The notes beneath the pieces were generated by a model that saw nothing but the letters and a program-made list of their open reading frames with translations, searched no databases and was not told where the DNA came from. From NCBI RefSeq assembly GCF_001194135.2, contig NC_068989.1, forward strand, positions 62,480,153 to 62,527,370: 47,218 nucleotides of DNA. Direction: 5' to 3'. The stretch is from Octopus bimaculoides. Lineage: Eukaryota. Shown here one piece after another: positions 39,641 to 47,218 of this stretch. Each line of letters begins with the position of its first letter. Position 1 is the first letter of the stretch. A program made the translations under genes and the position numbers.

Positions 39641-39702
39641 ATTCCAAATCCTGGATTTCTGGCTTTGCATAAATAATAATGCTCTGCCTTCATCAGTGGA
39701 AT
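39641..39702 (-). ncRNA. Type I hammerhead ribozyme-like motif
   Basis: Minus strand reads ATTCCA-CTGATGA-A-GGC-AGA-GCAT-(8 nt)-ATGC-AAA-GCC-A-GAAA-TCC-A-GGA-T-T-TGGAAT. Perfect 6-bp stem I, canonical core, near-palindromic stem III and AUU triplet. Confidence 0.75.
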
Positions 39703-40211
39703 ATACTCAAGTACATAAATACAAATACATGTATATAAACAGTATACTTACATATACAGACGTATACATACATATATATGCACGTATGCACACGACTAGC
39801 TTAAATNNNNNNNNNNNNNNNNNNNNNNNNNNNNNNNNNNNNNNNNNNNNNNNNNNNNNNNNNNNNNNNNNNNNNNNNNNNNNNNNNNNNNNNNNNNNNN
39901 NNNNNNNNNNNNNNNNNNNNNNNNNNNNNNNNNNNNNNNNNNNNNNNNNNNNNNNNNNNNNNNNNNNNNNNNNNNNNNNNNNNNNNNNNNNNNNNNNNNN
40001 NNNNNNNNNNNNNNNNNNNNNNNNNNNNNNNNNNNNNNNNNNNNNNNNNNNNNNNNNNNNNNNNNNNNNNNNNNNNNNNNNNNNNNNNNNNNNNNNNNNN
40101 NNNNNNNNNNNNNNNNNNNNNNNNNNNNNNNNNNNNNNNNNNNNNNNNNNNNNNNNNNNNNNNNNNNNNNNNNNNNNNNNNNNNNNNNNNNNNNNNNNTA
40201 TATAAGGCAGG

Positions 40212-40249
<38 letters not shown>

Positions 40250-40764
40250 ATACGTGAATGTACTTTATGCACGTCCACAAATTAGCATGCATGTCGCTCC
40301 AATTTTAGGAGGACATTGGTCACGACCATGGCTGTGTTTTTGTAAACTTATTTTCCCTGAGACACCCACGGATGGTAGTAAAAATCGATTTTCAACCATA
40401 ACTTTTACCTCTTTCCACATCGGTGAAATCCGTAATTTTTGCTTACATGAATTAAGTCCTATGTATAGCAATGTCGAAAGAGAAAAACAAAAGGTCAAGT
40501 TTTAGATTAACACCTGCACGATTTTCACTAAGAAAAAAAGATCGGATTTTTTTGCGTTGAATCAAGTACCCGGACCACCTAATATGCTGCATATACCTTA
40601 TTTGGTTCAGTAAAAGGGGTAGGGCAAGGCGGTCACCCCATTCCGGAATCATCTAATATGCTAGAAAACCTTTTTTTGTGTCCCAAAAATAAGGTGGGGT
40701 GAGGTGGAAGCCTCAGAAATTTTACCCACTTCCAGATTGTAAATTACATGGTTCATTATATATA

Positions 40765-40801
<37 letters not shown>

Positions 40802-41596
40802 NNNNNNNNNNNNNNNNNNNNNNNNNNNNNNNNNNNNNNNNNNNNNNNNNNNNNNNNNNNNNNNNNNNNNGTAGAGAATGTGACATTTATATTGTGTATA
40901 TATAGATATAAATATATATAATACCGTGCAAACCTTCGGTGATACCTTCTCCAATGCATATCTTCGATGCGGCCTTGACTGTTAGTATCCCTAGGAAGGG
41001 TTAGGATTAGATCAGGATTAGTCGCTGCCTTTTAGAGGCTCCCGAGCCCCCTTTCGCTAGGGTAGCTTACGATTGTTTGTGAGCCAAACATAACATTTTC
41101 TCACACAATGGATCGGGAGCCCTATTATGCGTTCTGTTTTCCTTGCTGGAAGGGCTTCCGACCCGTGCGCCAAAGTGGGGGGATTAGATTATGGGGGTGG
41201 TTTCGAAAGGGCCGGCATGTGCAAACTGATCACCTCTGCCGGTCAAACTTTCAGACTATGCGTTCCCGGCACGACACTGATTCTGCAGAACTAGGCTGGG
41301 TGTGAAAACCAACTTTAAAGTATAAATATAGCTTTATTGAATCAGCAATGCTGTGATCGGTTAAGTCCTATTTGGGGCGAAAAGTCAATAAACTGATTCC
41401 TTATGCGGTTTTCCATTCAATCAGGATGAAAAATCGATAAACCGATTCCTTATGGGATTTCCCAATCAAATTGTTTGCAACTCATTTTCAGACAAACGTT
41501 TACCAATTTCAACGGATTTCACTCAAATTTGACGTTGGTATTACTTAGTTTGGTTTAAAACTAATCGCTTGATTAGCTTAATAATCCTAAATTAAT

Positions 41597-41625
41597 CCCG
41601 GGTAACGCTGAGCTATACAGCTAGT
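41597..41625 (+). mobile_element. Helitron-like 3' terminus (decayed hairpin plus CTAGT)
   Basis: cccgggtaacgctgagctatacagCTAGT. Helitron 3' ends are a GC hairpin followed by CTRR. Confidence 0.5.
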
Positions 41626-41638
41626 ACAGCTATATATG

Positions 41639-41677
<39 letters not shown>

Positions 41678-41687
41678 NNNNNNNNNN

Positions 41688-41727
<40 letters not shown>

Positions 41728-41910
41728 TAAGCACACAAACACATATATAAATATGTATATGTATACACATAAAAAAATTATATGTATATATACATAACTA
41801 TACATATACGTATGCGTGTGTGAGCGCAAGTGGGTTAATTTGTTATATGTGTGCGAATATTTTAGAATGCTTATTAGTGTTTAGTTTATATTCTTTCTTT
41901 CTTACTTTTA

Positions 41911-42115
41911 TTCTTTTACTTGTTTCAGTCAATTGACTGCGGCCATGCTGGAGCACCGCCTTTAGTCGAATCAAATCGACCCCAGGACTTATTCTGTGTA
42001 AGCCTAGTACTTATTCTATCGGTCTTCTGTGCCGAACCGCTAAGTTACGGGGACCGAAACACATTAGTATCGGTTGTCAAGCGATGCTGGGGGGATAAAC
42101 ACAGATATACAACAT
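41911..42115 (-). mobile_element. 3' half of a tRNA-derived SINE
   Basis: Clearly similar to 44525-44730 and 17195-17385; followed by (CA)n. Confidence 0.85.
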
Positions 42116-42120
42116 ATGCA

Positions 42121-42159
<39 letters not shown>

Positions 42160-42232
42160 ACATACACATACACGCACACACACACACACACAAACACACA
42201 CACGCACACATATACACACACACACGCATATA

Positions 42233-42327
42233 TAAATCGACGAAAATATTTTGACAACTTAAATTTAAAGGGAATCGAACGGGTTTTGTGTGTTTTTAAA
42301 TGGTTTATAAACACCACACAATCTCAG
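42233..42327 (+). repeat. Interspersed repeat, copy A
   Basis: aaatatttt..acaactta.att.aa.g.gaatcgaacg.gttttgtgtg..tttaaatgg.ttataaacaccacacaatc.cag is shared with 44345-44440. Confidence 0.8.
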
Positions 42328-42594
42328 NNNNNNNNNNNNNNNNNNNNNNNNNNNNNNNNNNNNNNNNNNNNNNNNNNNNNNNNNNNNNNNNNNNNNNNNN
42401 NNNNNNNNNNNNNNNNNNNNNNNNNNNNNNNNNNNNNNNNNNNNNNNNNNNNNNNNNNNNNNNNNNNNNNNNNNNNNNNNNNNNNNNNNNNNNNNNNNNN
42501 NNNNNNNNNNNNNNNNNNNNNNNNNNNNNNNNNNNNNNNNNNNNNNNNNNNNNNNNNNNNNNNNNNNNNNNNNNNNNNTATATATATATATATG

Positions 42595-42626
<32 letters not shown>

Positions 42627-44292
42627 TATGTTATACCTGACCGAACGCAAATTGAGATATTTTAGAGCATTAGCCATTGTGATAATTCTGCTTATCAACA
42701 TCCATTTTTGCTTTCCATCACTTACTTTTTCTGAAAAGTATTATTTCTTCCTCATGCTGTTATGTGCACGTCATCATCTAAGTGTTTGTTTGAGAATGTG
42801 TGACAGCATGCAGCATTTTAGTGCGTACAAAAAGCATGATTTGAGCAAAAGCGGCAAGCATTTCAGCCAAAATTTTAAAAAATTCAAAACTTTTTAATCA
42901 TTTGATGACGTTGTTCGAAACAGTAAAACATGCACAAGCGATTTATTTATGTCTACCAAAACAAGACAATACGCAGTTAGATTTCGCTTTAGAGGAGAGG
43001 GAGACATGGGCAACAGTAACTAACGTGTTTCTCTGCAACTGTTACCTTTCAGATGCTGAAACTTAAGTGTATTCGAATTAACTTCCTGGGTCACGAACGT
43101 TGATCATTTCAATGAGAGGGAGAAAAAGTTCCTGCATCAGATATTGTAAATTCAGTTTATTGGACGTAGCTGAATGTTTGAGACCAGTAGAAATATTTAA
43201 GTTATGACACTTCCACTGGGAGATCTGCTGGTGTTAAAATATAGAATAGGGGAATTGTCAAGAATCAGTGTGCAAATTCGCTTGACGAATCAGTAAGCAG
43301 AACTGGAGATTCGTAGATGTCAGCCATTGCAATATGCGTGATGTAGAATCATAATTTTTGTTTGTTTTCTGAGCGTGATGTTAATCGGAAGCACAATCGT
43401 TGTAATCATAACAGTCGTTTAGCTTCCTATACATGTTATAGACACTGTTATTTGTCTCTTCATCTGAAACCGGAGACTTAAGAAATTTTTTTTTCATATG
43501 TTTACAAAACTGTAGGGAATTTAACATTTTGATTTACGAGTATGTGTTTCAATAATTGACAGTATTTGCACCTATTTTATATTACAATAAACACTCACAC
43601 AATTATAAACATTTGTTGTCTAGCAAATAAATTGAAATTACTGCATATATTTCCTGGTGTCGCATTGCACTTTATATTTCTTTTTCGCACTCTCCCTTTT
43701 TCTATCTCTCTCACATAGTCGATAGCTGCTTACGTTCTGTTTTTTACATATGAATATATGTATATGTGTGTGTGTATAAAATAATGTTTATCTGTATATA
43801 TATAAAGTCATGCATCTGTACACACATACACACATACACACACACACACGTACACACAACACAAATATATATATATATATATGCATATNNNNNNNNNNNN
43901 NNNNNNNNNNNNNNNNNNNNNNNNNNNNNNNNNNNNNNNNNNNNNNNNNNNNNNNNNNNNNNNNNNNNNNNNNNNNNNNNNNNNNNNNNNNNNNNNNNNN
44001 NNNNNNNNNNNNNNNNNNNNNNNNNNNNNNNNNNNNNNNNNNNNNNNNNNNNNNNNNNNNNNNNNNNNNNNNNNNNNNNNNNNNNNNNNNNNNNNNNNNN
44101 NNNNNNNNNNNNNNNNNNNNNNNNNNNNNNNNNNNNNNNNNNNNNNNNNNNNNNNNNNNNNNNNNNNNNNNNNNNNNNNNNNNNNNNNNNNNNNNNNNNN
44201 NNNNNNNNNNNNNNNNNNNNNNNNNNATATATATATATATATATATATATACATAGAGAGAGAGAGAGAAAGAGAGAGACAGAGAAAGAGAG

Positions 44293-44335
<43 letters not shown>

Positions 44336-44344
44336 CGCGTATAT

Positions 44345-44440
44345 AAAGTGACGTAAATATTTTCACAACTTAGATTAAAAGTGAATCGAACGAGTTTTGT
44401 GTGTTTTAAATGGCTTATAAACACCACACAATCACAGATC
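44345..44440 (+). repeat. Interspersed repeat, copy B
   Basis: Diverged copy of 42233-42327. Confidence 0.8.
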
Positions 44441-44471
44441 AAGTCATTTCCTATGCAACTACATTTCCGTA

Positions 44472-44505
<34 letters not shown>

Positions 44506-44524
44506 TCTTTACTCTCATTTTACC

Positions 44525-44920
44525 TTTTTTACTTGTTTCAGGCATTTGATTGCGGCCATGCTGGAGCACCACCTTAAATCGAGCAAATCGCCCCCGAAAT
44601 TATTCTTTGGAAGCCTAGTACTTATCCTATCAGTCTCTTTTGCCGAACCGCTAGATTACGGGGACATAAACACACCACCATCGGTTGTCAAGCGATGCTG
44701 GGGGGACAATCACAGACACGCAAACATATACAAACACATACCTATATATGTATATATATGCATATATACGACAGGCTTCTTTCAGTTTCCCTCTACTAGA
44801 TCCACTCACAAGGCTTTGGTCAGCCCGAGGCTACAGTAGGAGACACTCGCCCAGGGTGCCACGCAGTTGGAATGAACCCGGAATCATGTGTTTGGTGAGC
44901 AAGCTACTTAACACACAGCC
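44525..44920 (-). mobile_element. Near-complete tRNA-derived SINE with an internal (TA/TG)n tract
   Basis: On the minus strand: head ggctgtgtgttaagtagcttgc...ccgggttcattcc (matches 12645), CORE-like ctgggcgagtgtc, microsatellite at about 44725-44768, then the 3' half shared with 17195 and 41911. Confidence 0.88.
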
Positions 44921-45231
44921 AATAGAAACATTGGAAATAACACAACCGGTTAAGAGAGAATGAAGTAAGAAATACATAACAGCAGTGTATTTGCCTTTAG
45001 GAATTGAAATACGTGACAAACATATTTCAACTAAACGAAAGTGTGATTGTACGTAAGCACTGCTTTCGCTATTACTTCTTTATATATATATAAATAAATT
45101 TATTATCTATCGATAAGCGAATACTTTTTTGAGTATATGTTTTCATTTGTCACATAGAGATTTCTACTTCCTTCTCTTATACAACCGACGTAAAGCTGAG
45201 CTTCGGTAAAGCTGAGCTTCGTTAAAGCAGA

Positions 45232-45765
45232 GCTCTTCAAGGTATAAATTGGCCACCGAAGATATTTGTCGTCTTTTGAAATGAATTAGGGAACAACCAG
45301 CTGAGTTCGTGTATCGGAGACTTGTGTACTAATCATCAAATCGATTCATCCTATGCTCTAGTTCAGGTATCTTCTGAGACCGTGCAACGGAGTCACGTGT
45401 TCGCATATCATCGAAGATATACGTGTTCTGTTAGGGTGTCTCCTGATTTTACTGCTGATGTTTTGTTAGAGACTTTTTCAAGGTATATACTGGCAACTGA
45501 AAATGTTTGCCGTACCTGTTTACTCACTGGAAAATGAAGATCTTTGAACTGACGTGAGACATTATCACCTGAGTCCGTGTATCGGAGACTCTTTTGCGCT
45601 AATCTTGTAATCGACCCATCCTATGCTCTGATTCAGGTGTCTCCTGACACCCTGCAACGGAGGCTTGTGTTCACATATCATCAGATGTATTCCTGTTCTG
45701 TGAGGGTGTCTCATGAGCTTGCTGCTGATGTCTTGTTACAGACGTTTGCCTCTGTCGCCTAAATG
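45232..45765 (+). repeat. Diverged tandem duplication (period about 245-270 bp)
   Basis: 45340-45477 aligns without gaps to 45610-45747 (26 differences in 138 nt by hand). ttcaaggtata.a.tggc.ac.gaa occurs at both 45236 and 45477. Confidence 0.85.
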
Positions 45766-46214
45766 GAATTAGATGAGTGCAGACATAAACACTGACACCC
45801 ACAAACATATATACGCAAAAATATATACCAACAAACACTCTCAGTGTCAGAGATATACATAAACAGAGAAAGTGAGAGAGGGAATGATAATATATGAAGG
45901 ATGCTAAATAGTTTCTGGCTTTGGGTAAACGAAAATACGGGAGGATCAGTTGATTACGATTTTATTCAATATATTTCCACTTCAGAATTGCACTCATTGC
46001 TGCCGACCTTCAGTTTTACTGAGACTTGTAAATGCACTCGGAGGTTTGGGCATCCAACCAGGCCTTCGTGATACAATTACAGCAAAGAACTTTTCAGCAC
46101 CCCTCATATAACTGTGAAAGTAGTATGACACCAATCACAGACTGTGACAGAAAATAAGAATTACAAGAATTTATCGGACGTCTTCATAAAGACTAAACGT
46201 ACTATGACGCAAGG

Positions 46215-46310
46215 AGACCAGGTATGTTTATAGAGAAGACAATTAAAAAAACACAATGCAATGTAACAGATTTTGCAATCCCATATGATAACAGATAGGA
46301 TACCAAAGAA
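46215..46310 (+). mobile_element. RLE LINE endonuclease fragment
   Basis: ARRPGMFIEKTIKKTQCNVTDFAIPYDNR*DTKE matches the RPDI....C..IDFAIP.D....KE motif in decayed form. Confidence 0.65.
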
Positions 46311-46386
46311 AGAAGAAGGAGGAGGAGGAGGAGAAGAAGAAGAAGAAGAAGAAGAAGAAGAAGAAGAAGAAGAAGAAGAAGAAGAG
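46311..46386. repeat. (GGA)n/(GAA)n microsatellite
   Basis: Directly visible. Confidence 0.97.
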
Positions 46387-47218
46387 GGGCAGGGGAGAAA
46401 GAGGAGAATGTATTGCTCATTATTTCACGGTTTCACGGGCAGACATTTTGGGGCAAGGGTTGGAGTCATTAAATAAGGCTGGTTCTGTCTTTACTAGAAA
46501 AATCATTCTGCCCAATCACATAGGATGAAAAATATCACGCTCTTGACTAGATTTAGTAAAACTGTATATTGAATGAGCTATGTATCTATTTACGTCCTCC
46601 ATATGTAACAAACTGTATTCCCGGATGGAAACAGTTGCCAAGTAGGTCGGAGACAAGAAATTAAAAGGAAAAAATAAAAGATCTATTTCTCTAATTCCCT
46701 GCGTTGAGCTACACGACCTAAGAATAAACTAAGTCTGTTTTATTTTAGATGAAATTTTAAATTCTTGCACACTATCAACGAATATCTCACAGATGTAGAC
46801 GGTATGAATAAAGGAAAGATGAGAAGGACAAGATAATAGATGATGACTATTGAGAGTTTCCTACCAAACACACACCCAAATACACGTGCGTGCACACGCG
46901 CACTAATAAAATATAGCACCCCCCCCCCATATATATATATATATATAAGCAACACGGATTTCAAAAGTTTCATGCTACTTCAATTTATTTAAGTAATGCG
47001 AGCATTACCTTAAATGCAATATGAAGAGCAATCTTCAGCTGCACGAAAATGCAGAAAAAAGACATATTATAAATGTGGCAACATATCAAATCCAAGTGGG
47101 AGAGAGCATACATAAAAATCCAAATGTGAGGAAGAATATATAAGTCCATCTTGACATAGCGGAGTCTATCAGGCTAGTAATTGATTCTAGACAAAAGTTT
47201 TAACTGTCTCAGAATGCT

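Noticed and set aside
7201-44505. Long ORFs in the supplied track (150-356 aa) rich in X, YI, HT, CV, poly-I/L/N
   Set aside because: They are translations of N gaps and di/trinucleotide microsatellites.

Overview
This is AT-rich eukaryotic DNA from a gapped short-read assembly, with many N runs mostly flanked by (AT)n or (CA)n. The microsatellite load and repeat types suggest an octopus/cephalopod genome; that is my inference from recognising the repeat types, not a database result. I find no host protein-coding gene I can call with confidence, and most listed ORFs are translations of microsatellites or N gaps. The window is a mosaic of decayed mobile elements: RTE-clade and APE-type LINE fragments, several R4/Dong-like (restriction-like endonuclease, RLE) LINE pieces lying next to (AAT)n tracts, tRNA-derived CORE-like SINEs, Helitron-like ends and small palindromic elements. 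The main signals are as follows. (1) Three sequence-unrelated type I hammerhead-ribozyme folds (11111-11179 +, 35489-35559 -, 39641-39702 -) each have a short palindromic stem III and sit in a short repeat beside a microsatellite; two more decayed relics are present. (2) A 1.6-kb minisatellite carries about 20 exact STAT-type TTCCNGGAA sites that overlap kappaB-like motifs. (3) A diverged 270-bp tandem duplication shows codon-patterned substitutions. (4) There is one isolated LRR-like reading frame.
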